Below are positions 19,025-29,108 of a stretch of 64,000 nt of DNA, one piece after another (position 1 is the first letter of the stretch; every line of letters starts with the position of its first letter). Origin of the DNA: Roseibacillus sp. (GTDB taxonomy: Bacteria; Verrucomicrobiota; Verrucomicrobiia; Verrucomicrobiales; Akkermansiaceae); NCBI GenBank assembly GCA_051251855.1, contig JBPOGI010000001.1, positions 1,376,001 to 1,440,000 of the forward strand, in the 5' to 3' direction. A program made the translations under genes and the position numbers. Under the pieces are notes generated by a model. It was given only the letters and a program-made list of their open reading frames with translations, searched no databases and was not told the DNA's origin.

Positions 19025-20755
19025 CTATCTCATGACACTTTCAATCCCCATCGCCGACTTCCTCACAAACTTAGGCAGCGCTTTTTCACCATGCCTACCC
19101 ACCAGTCGATAAGCGAACGATAGCAGACTCAGAACCACTAAATGGTCGAGCAGACGATAGCCTCTCCGCTCACGTAGGAGAACACTACTAACGAACCCAA
19201 TTGTCCGTCGCTTGAGCCGAAAAGGTTCGAAATCGATCTTAATTCGGTAGCGAGAACGCTCACTGCGCGGCCATTTCTCCTTATACTCAGCCTTCACCAC
19301 CTTGATTGCATTAACAGTCTCTGGATTCCATTCCTGAAAGTAGTACCTTCGCACCAAAGCCATGACTTCAAAGGTATCCTGCATAAACTCGATATCGCCT
19401 ACTGGCAGTTCAGCCTCCCGTGCTAAGGCTTTCATTTCATCAAACAGCGGCAAGATCTCTCCCGCATCCCGAAGGGCTGCTTCGTGGTCGGGAACGAAAT
19501 AGCGCATCAACTTGCGCACCGAAGAGGTGCAGAAAATACAATCCCAATAGACATGGAACAAAGGAGGAACCCTCACCCTTCGAAAGAACATTTCTTTGCA
19601 CGCAAAACTAGGAATGTAGAGCAAACGACGAATTACGGTCTCGGAGAGCCTCAACAACTTGATTGCGGCCTCCGCTCGCAAGTCTCCCATATAAAGTCGA
19701 ATCGACTCTTCACTTGTCCAACCATGCCGAAAGCTTCCGATCGCGCTTACGCAATTCAACACAATCCAAACTTCTTCATCGGTTGCCTGCTCGCTCACAA
19801 AAGGGCGACGACGGAATCCATGCCATCCACCCGTTTGGCACCACATCGAAAAGCCCACAAGACTCTCGTCGCCAGCCAATTCTCTTTGAAACTCCTCACA
19901 GTCCCACCCAATGAAGGATGGATATTCCCCCGCACCCTCATACTCACGCCGCCCCTGAAATTCAATAATCTTTGCCTGCTTTGTCTTCGCCAAGACCTCG
20001 CTCAATGGCAAATAGCGAAAGAAATCTGAGTCTCCATGCTTGAATGATAATATCAAGGCATTGGACCGAACACCCTTCACCACCTGAGCCACTCGATCCC
20101 GATGCCAAATCAAGTCTCCAATCGGATGAGCTCCCACCGTCCAGGTCCGCAGAATCAGAGTCTTCCCCAACTCCTCAAAGAGAGGCAGCAGCCGCTGTAA
20201 CAAAACACGTGCGTCTCGTGCTGTTCGCACATGTAGTCGCGACCGAATTGCATCCTTCACATCCAAGCCATCACTCTCCCCTATCCGCAGCACCAAACCC
20301 GACACTTCGGGAAAATCCTCAAAGAAGCCTCGTATCATCTCCCCATACCATTCCTCGATAGCCTCTCGAGAATTCCCCACCCGCTCGTCTATTGCCGCAC
20401 TCGTGCAAATCACATCCGAGGTCACGAACACTCTCAGCCCTCTGTCCAAATGAAAGCGCATCACCCTCCTTACCCGCTCGCCGAGCCTACCATTACGCTT
20501 TCGCACCTCCTCCTCAAACCAATGATGAACACTCAGATGCGCCAAGTCATCGAGGGTCACCGCATTGTAACCCAGCTCCCCAACCCTGCGCGCAAAGTGC
20601 TCGCTTTCCCGCTCAATCATCTCCCACTGCGCCTCCGCCTCCAAGCCATCCGCTTTCAAATGGTCGAAAGGAATCTTTGACCAATTGATTCGCCTCTTCA
20701 AGTAGCCCCGAAAGAACGGTGCGATAGCATCAATGAGAAAGAGCTTCTCCACCAC
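19025..20755 (-). CDS. Uncharacterised glycoside-hydrolase-like protein (weak GH67-like resemblance)
   Basis: 576-aa ORF with GYNAVTLDD, FPEVSGLVLRIGESDG, IIEFQGRREYEG. The family assignment is uncertain. Confidence 0.5.
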   Translation of the reverse strand: MVEKLFLIDAIAPFFRGYLKRRINWSKIPFDHLKADGLEAEAQWEMIERESEHFARRVGELGYNAVTLDDLAHLSVHHWFEEEVRKRNGRLGERVRRVMRFHLDRGLRVFVTSDVICTSAAIDERVGNSREAIEEWYGEMIRGFFEDFPEVSGLVLRIGESDGLDVKDAIRSRLHVRTARDARVLLQRLLPLFEELGKTLILRTWTVGAHPIGDLIWHRDRVAQVVKGVRSNALILSFKHGDSDFFRYLPLSEVLAKTKQAKIIEFQGRREYEGAGEYPSFIGWDCEEFQRELAGDESLVGFSMWCQTGGWHGFRRRPFVSEQATDEEVWIVLNCVSAIGSFRHGWTSEESIRLYMGDLRAEAAIKLLRLSETVIRRLLYIPSFACKEMFFRRVRVPPLFHVYWDCIFCTSSVRKLMRYFVPDHEAALRDAGEILPLFDEMKALAREAELPVGDIEFMQDTFEVMALVRRYYFQEWNPETVNAIKVVKAEYKEKWPRSERSRYRIKIDFEPFRLKRRTIGFVSSVLLRERRGYRLLDHLVVLSLLSFAYRLVGRHGEKALPKFVRKSAMGIESVMR

Positions 20756-20900
20756 CCCGTCCTACTCTCTAAGCCCGTCCAACACCCACGAATCTCAGTG
20801 ACAAAACCGTCACTCTTCTTCCATAGCAGCAGCCGGTTCATCGCCGAACCATAAGAGGGAGCATCAGGCTTTAGCCTGATTCAAATTCAGAAAAAGTCCT

Positions 20901-21263
20901 TCACATTCTCGAAGTCCCCCGTCCATCACCGGCACGCTTCGATGCCGGAATCTCTGGGAGCTCCACCATCTCAGCCCCAACAAGCTTCTTCCCAGTCCAA
21001 GCGAGGAGATAGTTTGCGATTTCGGTCTCATCCAAGTCCACCTCAAGCATCTTAGGATCGCGAAACCACTCAGCCGGCCAGAGAATCAGATCCGCAACTT
21101 CCCCGCCAGGCAAAGTCATCTCGATGAGCTCCCCATAGTAGCCAGCCACCTCTTCTTCGGTGTCAGGATCGCTGATCACTTCGATCATAGCGACAAGCTC
21201 GTGATATTCGAGGTCCTCGACCGCATGAGGAGGACTCTCTACATTAAATTCAGGCCGAATCAT
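20901..21263 (-). CDS. Small acidic protein resembling colicin/pyocin DNase immunity proteins
   Basis: Likely start MIRPEF just after the aroA stop. Pattern ELVAMIEVI..PDTEEE......LIE...P..EVADLILWP. Confidence 0.55.
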   Translation of the reverse strand: MIRPEFNVESPPHAVEDLEYHELVAMIEVISDPDTEEEVAGYYGELIEMTLPGGEVADLILWPAEWFRDPKMLEVDLDETEIANYLLAWTGKKLVGAEMVELPEIPASKRAGDGRGTSRM

Positions 21264-21267
21264 GATG

Positions 21268-22605
21268 TTAAGAGAACTTTTCGCCCTTCCAACCTTCGAG
21301 GTTCTTCCAGAAACTTGGCCAGGTCTTCGCCACGCACTCTGGCTCACCGATCTTAAATAAATCCTCCTCCGCTGGAGCATCATCATTCTTGTCCTTAGCC
21401 CGAATCGCCAAAGCCGAACGCATTACTCCGAAACACATCGCGATACGATGATCGTCGAACGAATTCGTCTCCACTTTCCGCGCAACCATTTCAACCAACT
21501 TCTCAGGAGTCATCCAATACTCTCCACCGCGAACTATCATATCATCCTCTTTTACCGTCACCTCCACGCCTAACAGCGCCAGGCCCAAACGCATGGCTTC
21601 GATTCGGTCACATTCCTTGACCCGTAGACTCTCCAGCCCCGTAAAGGACCACTCCCCTTCATAAAAGGCCGCCATTACCATCCCCGTCATGGCCACATCA
21701 GGCATCGCCGAAAAATCGAATCGCTTCTCCTCCTCTTCATCCACCTTTTCGAAATCCTCTAACTGAAACCCATCCCCCGAGCGCCCAAACCGCGCACCGA
21801 AGGACCGACACACCTCTACAAATCCCTCGTCTCCTTGAAGCGTCTCTTCTCCCCATTCCGCAATTTGCAAGGGTTGCTTAACCAGAGTAGCCCACGCACA
21901 GGGATAACTCGCCCCGCTCATATCCGCCGGAATCAAGTAACGCGCCGGCGCCGTCAAACCTTCCGCCACCTTCATCATCCGACCCTCATCTTGCACCTCA
22001 ACCACCACTCCCCATTGCCGGAGAATCTCCAAAGTCATCTCCACATAAGGCTGCGACGGCGGAATCTCCTCCATTTTCACAACCAAACCACCCGAAACCC
22101 TTGGTGCAACCAACAAAAGGGCGCTCACAAACTGAGAGGATACCTTTCCTGAGAGAACTATCTCATTCCTCTTCAACTGCCCTCCCAAGCCAGTAAATCT
22201 CACCGGCAAAAAGCCATGTCTTCCACTACATGTCAGGGGGACACCCAACTCCATTAAGGCTGAGAACAAGTCCTCCTGTGGGCGCTCATGCATTCGACTC
22301 ACCCCCTTCAAACCATACTCTCCCTCGACGACCAAACTCGCCGCCGACATAAACCGCGCCACTGTTCCCGCGTTCCCAATGAACACTTCCCTGTTCGCGA
22401 CTTGCAACCGTTCCGGCGGACGCACCAGCAACTCCTCCCCGACCTCCTCAAACTCTACACCAAAAGCCGACAAAACGGAACGCATGTGCACCGTATCATC
22501 ACTCTCCAACAAATTCGCCAACGCCACCTCCTGTCCACTCAGCGCCGCCAAAAACAGCACTCGGTTCGTCACCGACTTCGACCCTGGAATCCTAATCATC
22601 TTCAA
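21268..22605 (-). CDS. aroA: 3-phosphoshikimate 1-carboxyvinyltransferase
   Basis: PGSKSVTNR, GNAGTVARF, SSQFVSALL, LRVKECDRI, DDHRIAM. Confidence 0.95.
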   Translation of the reverse strand: MKMIRIPGSKSVTNRVLFLAALSGQEVALANLLESDDTVHMRSVLSAFGVEFEEVGEELLVRPPERLQVANREVFIGNAGTVARFMSAASLVVEGEYGLKGVSRMHERPQEDLFSALMELGVPLTCSGRHGFLPVRFTGLGGQLKRNEIVLSGKVSSQFVSALLLVAPRVSGGLVVKMEEIPPSQPYVEMTLEILRQWGVVVEVQDEGRMMKVAEGLTAPARYLIPADMSGASYPCAWATLVKQPLQIAEWGEETLQGDEGFVEVCRSFGARFGRSGDGFQLEDFEKVDEEEEKRFDFSAMPDVAMTGMVMAAFYEGEWSFTGLESLRVKECDRIEAMRLGLALLGVEVTVKEDDMIVRGGEYWMTPEKLVEMVARKVETNSFDDHRIAMCFGVMRSALAIRAKDKNDDAPAEEDLFKIGEPECVAKTWPSFWKNLEGWKGEKFS

Positions 22606-22731
22606 AGCATTCTAGATAAACGACCCTTACTAAAAAGGAAAGCCTTGCCTACAATTCTAGCCTAGCTAGCGCAATCGAAGCTTAGCAATCCATCCAACTC
22701 ATCGCTAAGGAAGAGCGCCCTTCGCAGATAC

Positions 22732-22817
22732 GAGGGTCGACTTCAGCCGCCCACCATCAGTCTGGCCCAATCAAAACGTCGCCTAATACAGCGCCCTCCG
22801 ACTAAAGTCGACGCCTC
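22732..22817. repeat. REP-like imperfect inverted repeat
   Basis: GAGGGTCGACTTCAGCCG ... CCGACTAAAGTCGACGCCTC, with a related half-copy at 34875-34895. Confidence 0.5.
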
Positions 22818-22856
22818 TTATCTCCCCCCTTCGGTCGCAGCCTTGACAGCGTATAA

Positions 22857-23504
22857 TTAGCGTACCTCCGGCAACTCGATAGCAGCAATCTCGGACATCA
22901 CTTTGTCGGCAATCGATTGGTAGACTTCGCGGCCCTTGCCCTTCAAGTCCTCCGCATCGAATTCGATGGGCTCACCAACCACAAGAGTGACTTGGTGAAT
23001 CTTCCAAAAAGCAGCTCCTCGCGGAAGAGCTTCGTGTGCGCCGAAAAGACGACAAGGAACAACCGGAACCTTGGCCTTAGAGATAATGAGGCCTACCCCA
23101 GCCTTCGCATCTAACATCTTACCATCCCAAGAGCGTTCACCCTCGGGAAACATGACCACCCGCTCGCCCGACTTCAGGATCTTGATCACATTTTTAAGAC
23201 TACTCATATCAGGATTCTCCTGATCGATAGGAATCGAATTCCATCGAGGATAAAGCCAGGCACAAAAGCCCGTGAAGAGGGTTTTGCGAGCCAAATAAAA
23301 GACACCGTTCTTGTGAGCAATCCCTACCAAAGGAGGATCAAGAAAACTGACATGGTTACAAACGATCAAGGCACCCCCTTCTTCGATGAGATGCTCTCTT
23401 CCGACCACTTCATAGTTAAAGGACGCCTTCGCCACTCCACGGAACCAGCTCCAGCCAGCCCAATAGACCCAATTCATATCTTGCAACAATTTCATGACTA
23501 CCAA
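22857..23504 (-). CDS. plsC: 1-acyl-sn-glycerol-3-phosphate acyltransferase
   Basis: NHVSFLD and FPEGERS motifs. Confidence 0.9.
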   Translation of the reverse strand: MVVMKLLQDMNWVYWAGWSWFRGVAKASFNYEVVGREHLIEEGGALIVCNHVSFLDPPLVGIAHKNGVFYLARKTLFTGFCAWLYPRWNSIPIDQENPDMSSLKNVIKILKSGERVVMFPEGERSWDGKMLDAKAGVGLIISKAKVPVVPCRLFGAHEALPRGAAFWKIHQVTLVVGEPIEFDAEDLKGKGREVYQSIADKVMSEIAAIELPEVR

Positions 23505-24142
23505 CCTAGTTTCTTAAGTTCATTTTTCACTTCGACCACTACATCTTCAATGTCCATTTCCGAGCTATCGACCTCAACGGCTCCATCCGCTTTTCTTAGG
23601 GGAGAAGTCTTACGCTCTGAATCGTGCTTATCTCTCTCCGCCACTGCATCATCTGCTCCTTCTGCCTCCCGACGCTTACGCCGTATCTCTTCACTTGCAG
23701 TGACAAAGACTTTAAAAGGGGTGTCAGGAAAAACCACCGTGCCGATATCCCGCCCCTCCATCACAAGGTTACTGTGATTCAAAAACTCTCTTTGCTTAGC
23801 GACCAAGAGTTCACGCACTTCAGGAATGGCGGCCACATGTGAGACCGCCGCATTCACCTCATCGCTCTTAAGCTCCTCGATGCTTGGCTCCACTTCGTCG
23901 ACCTTCATCACAGTCTGGCCATCACGAACAACACAGCCCCACTCCACATTGGGAAGCAGAGCAACCACCTCATCCGGCTTAGTGGGATCGACTCCGCGCT
24001 GCAGAACTTCCCAAGTGACAGCTCGATACATTGAACCGGAGTTCACCATCGTCATCCCCCAGTCTTCGGCCAGTCGGCGAGCAACGGTACTTTTCCCGGA
24101 TGCAGCCGGCCCATCAATCGCGATCGCTCGATAAGAGCTCAT
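23498..24142 (-). CDS. cmk: Cytidylate kinase
   Basis: IAIDGPAASGKST, SGSMYRA, MEGRDIGTVVFP. Likely start MSSYR. Confidence 0.95.
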   Translation of the reverse strand: MSSYRAIAIDGPAASGKSTVARRLAEDWGMTMVNSGSMYRAVTWEVLQRGVDPTKPDEVVALLPNVEWGCVVRDGQTVMKVDEVEPSIEELKSDEVNAAVSHVAAIPEVRELLVAKQREFLNHSNLVMEGRDIGTVVFPDTPFKVFVTASEEIRRKRREAEGADDAVAERDKHDSERKTSPLRKADGAVEVDSSEMDIEDVVVEVKNELKKLGW

Positions 24143-24454
24143 CAAAGTTGAATCTCCCCTCCACAAAAAAGAGCTTTGAAAGCCTCATCTTCCTTTCCCT
24201 CCAATTCCAACCATGATCGCACCGTCAACATACTTGCGTTGAACATGCCCCCACCTTTAGAGAAAAATCAACCCCAACTCCTTTTGCACACGCTCTTTTC
24301 CTTCGAGAAAGACTATCAAGCCAACCTGCAGGCGAGTGACTCCGAAAAAAAGCCCCTCTTTTTCCTCATCGAATGCGCAAGCAGCCTCCAGCAAAGACGA
24401 CTTTGAGCCCCTTTGTCGCTTGCTTGATTTCACTAGTATGTCTTTATTATTCCA

Positions 24455-26158
24455 ATGACTGGAGCGACCGACGAAGAGCTGATCGAGCACTGGAAAAAGG
24501 AGCCCGCGCCTTTGCTCCCCCTTTTGCACGCTTTTCATGATCGGGATGGCTATCTCTCTGATGACGCCTTGCGCGCAGTCTCGGAAGGCCTCAAGACTCC
24601 CTTGGCCGATCTCTTTGGGACCGTTACGTTCTACCATCACTTCTCAAGAACACCCGGTGGCTTGGAAGCCCCTCGCGTCTGTACTGGAAACATTTGTTGC
24701 TTCCACGGTGGAAACGAAATCCTCGCCACTCTGAAAGCCCAGGGCCAAGCGGCCAGCGCCATGCCTTGCAGCGGACGTTGTGATGGCCCCGTCCCCGTCT
24801 TGCAAGGGCACACCACTCTCATCGGAACCTCTGCAGATAATCTGACCCCGACACCCAGCGCAGTCCCAGTCGCCAATCCGGGCGGTATCGAGGAATGCGT
24901 TTTCGCAAAAATCCGCGAGCCACAACGCAACACCCTCGACGGCTATCGTAACTCAGGCGGATTCGAAGCTTTAACAAATGCTCTCAAGGGCACACCCGAG
25001 CAAGTCATCGAGACCGTCACCGCCAGCAAACTCGCAGGACGTGGTGGAGCAGGCTTCCCAACCGGAATCAAATGGAAGGCCGTCGCCGACGCTCCCGGAG
25101 ACCCCAAATCCATTGTCTGCAACGCGGACGAAGGAGAACCCGGCTGCTTCAAGGACCGCGCAGTGATGGATTACGATCCCTATGCTCTGTTAGAAGGTAT
25201 GATTATCGCCGGATTCGCCACTGGAGCACCACAAGGTTTTGTCTATCTGCGGTACGAGTATCCCGAGACCAACGAACTTTTAGAGCAAGCAATCCTCGAC
25301 CTGAATGCAGGTGGACTACTCGGAGAAAACATCTTGGACAGCGGGTTCACCTTCCAACTCTACGTCCGCCGCGGAGCTGGCGCCTACATCTGTGGTGAGG
25401 AAGGCTCTCTTCTGAATAGCCTAGAAGGCAAACACCCTTTCCCTCGCAACAAGCCACCCTTCCCCGTCACTCACGGCTTTAACAACAAGCCCACCGTCGT
25501 CAACAACGTCGAAACCCTCGCCTCCATCCCTCCCATTCTCGTGAACGGGGCCGACTGGTATCGCGGACTCGGCTCCGGCGAACATCCCGGCACCAAACTT
25601 ATCAGCCTTTCCGGAGATATCGAACGTCCAGGTAACTACGAGGTGCCCATTGGTCTTCCACTCAAAACCCTCCTCTACGAATGGGCTGGCGGACCAAAAG
25701 ACGGTCGCTCCATCCAAGCGGTCACCATGGCCGGTCTTTCAGGGGGCTTCCTTGGACATCAAGTTCTCGACGATATCACTTTGGACGAACCCTGCATCCG
25801 CTCTCACGGTTCTTTCCTAGGTGCTGGGGGAATCATGGTCTTCGATGACACCCGCGACATAGTTCAGGTTGCTCATGATGCCATGGCTTTCTTTGCGCAC
25901 GAAAGCTGCGGCAAGTGTTTCCCCTGCCGCATCGGAACTCAGCGCCTCACCGAGCGTCTCGACGACCAAATCGTCCAGACCAAGCCCGAGGCATGGAAAG
26001 CCGAGGTCAACGACATCGGCGACGTCATGAAAGCGACCAGCGCCTGCGGCTTAGGTATGGCAGCCCCTAATGTGACCGAAAGCCTCCTCAAATACTTTCC
26101 CGAAGAAGTGGAACGAAGCCATCTAAAAACTGATAGCGAACAACCAGCCTTGACGTAG
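24455..26158 (+). CDS. NAD-linked formate dehydrogenase diaphorase subunit (NuoE-NuoF / FdsG-FdsB fusion)
   Basis: TFYHHF, CTGNIC and CSGRC 2Fe-2S domain. GRGGAGFPTG, NADEGEPG, GAGAYICGEE, ESCGKCFPCRIG...CGLG. Confidence 0.9.
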   Translation: MTGATDEELIEHWKKEPAPLLPLLHAFHDRDGYLSDDALRAVSEGLKTPLADLFGTVTFYHHFSRTPGGLEAPRVCTGNICCFHGGNEILATLKAQGQAASAMPCSGRCDGPVPVLQGHTTLIGTSADNLTPTPSAVPVANPGGIEECVFAKIREPQRNTLDGYRNSGGFEALTNALKGTPEQVIETVTASKLAGRGGAGFPTGIKWKAVADAPGDPKSIVCNADEGEPGCFKDRAVMDYDPYALLEGMIIAGFATGAPQGFVYLRYEYPETNELLEQAILDLNAGGLLGENILDSGFTFQLYVRRGAGAYICGEEGSLLNSLEGKHPFPRNKPPFPVTHGFNNKPTVVNNVETLASIPPILVNGADWYRGLGSGEHPGTKLISLSGDIERPGNYEVPIGLPLKTLLYEWAGGPKDGRSIQAVTMAGLSGGFLGHQVLDDITLDEPCIRSHGSFLGAGGIMVFDDTRDIVQVAHDAMAFFAHESCGKCFPCRIGTQRLTERLDDQIVQTKPEAWKAEVNDIGDVMKATSACGLGMAAPNVTESLLKYFPEEVERSHLKTDSEQPALT

Positions 26159-26168
26159 ATTTTAAGAA

Positions 26169-28886
26169 ATGACCATGCAACAATTGACGATGACCATCGA
26201 TGGTCAGGAAGTCTCCTTCTCCGAAGGCCAAACTATTTATGAGGTCGCGACCCAGATGGGGAAAGACGTCCCCACTCTTTGCTACGACGACCGCCTCGAA
26301 GCCTTTGGCGGCTGCCGCCTTTGTGTCGTGGAAGTGGAAGGTATCCGCAACCCCGTCGCCTCCTGCACCACCAAAGCCACCGCCGGCATGGTAGTGAAGA
26401 CCGCTCCTCAAAAAATCGAGAAATATCGCAAGACTCTTCTCGAGATGGTCAACTCAGAGAATCCCGAGTTAGAGGTCAGCCCTCTTCGAGGATACGCCAG
26501 TCAGCAACTCACCGGGCTGGTCAATCGTTACGATGCCAATCAGGGACGCTTCAAAGGAAAGACTTCTGGAACCAGTAACAAAAAAGATCTCAACCCTTTC
26601 ATCCTGCGCGACTACAACCTCTGCATCTCTTGCTACCGCTGTGTGAGAGTTTGTTCAGAGCAAGAAGGTGATTACGCCATCAGCGTGATGAACCGTGGTT
26701 TCGACACCCAAATCACCACCGAGTTTGGCAACGACCTACGTGACTCCGATTGCACCTTCTGCGGCCAATGCGTGCAGACCTGCCCTACTGGAGCTCTTGC
26801 CGACAAGAAAGCTCTCCGAGACGAGGACACTCCAGGCGAAGTCAAGAAGACGCGCACCGTCTGCCCTTTCTGCGCTGTCGGTTGCTCCATCGACCTGATG
26901 AGCAAAAACGACAAGATTGTCGGAGCACAGCCCGCCATGGACGGCCCAGCCAACAAAGGAGCACTCTGCATCAAAGGACAATTCACTTACGACTTCATTC
27001 AACACGAAGACCGCCTCAAGAAGCCTCTTATCAAACAAGCGGATGGCAGCTTTAAGGAAGTGGAATGGGATGAAGCTTTGAAAAAGGCAGCCGAAGGCTT
27101 TGCTAAAGCCAAAGATAAATACGGCCGCCATAGTATCTTCGGTATCGCCTCCGGTCGCGCTCCTCACGAGGCCGCCTACACGATGCAGAAGTTCATTCGA
27201 GCCGGCTTCGGGACGCATCATATCGATAACTGTTCGCGTGCTTGACACGCTCCCACGGTCGCCGGTCTGGCGGCCCAAATCGGAAGAGGCGCAATGTCCA
27301 ATCCTCTGGAGGACATGCAAAAGCCCGACACTATTTTTGCTATCGGCACCAATATGACCGAGTGCCACCCCGTCGCCGCGACAGGACTCAAAAAAGCACT
27401 CACTCAAGGAGCCAAGCTCATTGTCGCCGACCCGCGCAAAACGCGCTTGGCGAAGTTGGCCCATCTTCACTTGCCCATTCGGGTCGGTTCAGATGTCGCC
27501 CTTCTCCTCGGCATGGCTCACGTGATTGTCCGTGAAGGTCTCGCCGACACTGAGTTCATCGAAGAGCGAACCACCAAGTTCGAAGACTTTGCCGAACACC
27601 TCAAAGAGTTCACTCCCGAGTGGGCCTCAGAAATCTGTGAATGCCCGGCCGCCGATATCGAGCAAGCCGCCATTTGGTATGGCCAAGCCGACCGCGGAGC
27701 CATCTATTATACCCTCGGAATCACGGAGCACATTTGTGGTGTTGATAACGTACAATCTCTCTGCAACCTCGCCCTCATGACCGGAAACCTCGGTCGCGTA
27801 GGAACAGGCATCAACCCCATGCGTGGCCAGAATAATATCCAGGGTGCCGGAGACTGCGGGGCCGTCCCTGCTAACTACCCTGGGTTCCAACCTGTCAAAG
27901 ATGAGAAATTCCAAAAGAAGTTTGCTGAACTCTATCAGCAGCCTGACATGGACCTCGGCAATCACATGACCAAGGTCACCGCTCTCAACTTGTGCGGCGC
28001 CGAGGAGAACGGAATTCACGCCATGCTCATCAATGGCGAAAACACCGTCGTTACCGACCCCGATCGCAAGCACTGCGAACACGCTCTCAAATCTCTCGAT
28101 CACCTCGTGGTAGTCGACATTTTCCTAACAGAAACCGCTCAACTCGCCGATGTCGTGCTCCCCGCTTCGGCTTGGGGTGAGACCGATGGCGTGCAGGCCA
28201 ATACCGAACGCCGGGTGCAACGACTTCGCAAAGCTGTCCCCAGCTACGGAGATTCGATGCCGGACTGGTGGATTCTTTCAGGCATTGCCAAAGAACTCGG
28301 CATCCCCGGGTTCGAATACGAAAGCGCAAAGGACGTCTTCAACGAACTCTGTTCACTAAGCCCCATCTATGCCGGACTCGACTGGGACATCATCGGAGAC
28401 GGCGAATACCAGTGGCCAGTGCCCCACAAAGGACACCCCGGCACGCCTATGCTGCATGAGAACGAATTCAAAGACGGTAAACCTGGCCTCTTCCGCCTGA
28501 TAGGCTACCGCGACCCAGCAGAAGTCATTGATGCCGACTACCCCGTTTGGCTCACGACCGGACGCCGACTCGAAGCCTATCACACTCGCACTCAAACTGG
28601 TCGGGCCTCAGGAATCGACTACCTTCTTTCCCGCGAAACCCTCGAAGTCCACCCTGACGACGCGCGCGATTGGGGCCTCAGCGACGGAAGCCGAGTTAAG
28701 ATGGCGAGCCGCCGAGGCGAGATTGAAGTCGAAGTGGAAGTCACCACCCAAAGCCCACGTGGCACCGTCTTCACCTCCTTTAGCTTCGCTGACACCCAGG
28801 TCAACATCCTCACCGGTTCAGGTTACGATCCCGTCACCCAGACCGCCGAGTTAAAGGTCTGCCCCGTGCGTATCACGCCGGTCTAG
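26169..28886 (+). CDS. fdhF: Selenocysteine-containing formate dehydrogenase alpha subunit (Sec at TGA 27243-27245), 905 aa
   Basis: The two ORFs are in frame and join as HIDNCSRA-U-HAPTVAGL, the FDH active-site motif. Also PMRGQNNIQG, 2Fe-2S and 4Fe-4S motifs and a C-terminal molybdopterin-binding domain. Confidence 0.92.
27257..27275 (+). promoter_or_regulatory. SECIS element
   Basis: GGUCGCC-GGUCU-GGCGGCC, 11 nt after the UGA, closely resembling the E. coli fdhF SECIS upper stem-loop. Confidence 0.85.
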
Positions 28887-28888
28887 TC

Positions 28889-28958
28889 TGAGGGAGCAAG
28901 GACATTCCCACCCTTGAATTCCAACCGAGACTCAGGGACAGAAATGTCCCTGACCCTC
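28889..28958. repeat. REP-like inverted repeat / hairpin after the fdh genes
   Basis: TCAGGGACA-GAAA-TGTCCCTGA hairpin, with an upstream imperfect complement TGAGGGAGCAAGGACATTCC. Confidence 0.5.
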
Positions 28959-29108
28959 AAAAAAAACAAACTAGGTAATTAGCCGTGACGCAGAACTCTG
29001 GGATGGGATGAATGCGAGACTTGCGCCTCGGCGCTTTCTCTTGCTGGACAGCACACCTTTTTCCTCAGGAAACTCACAATAAGTCCCTCGAGACGAATGG
29101 CTTCACAA

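Noticed and set aside
20864..20903. Possible Sec readthrough of the TGA ending the immunity-like gene
   Set aside because: Another stop follows after nine codons, with no redox context or convincing hairpin.
27243..27245. fdh as a pseudogene with an internal stop
   Set aside because: The TGA sits at the catalytic Sec/Cys position and is followed by a canonical-looking SECIS.
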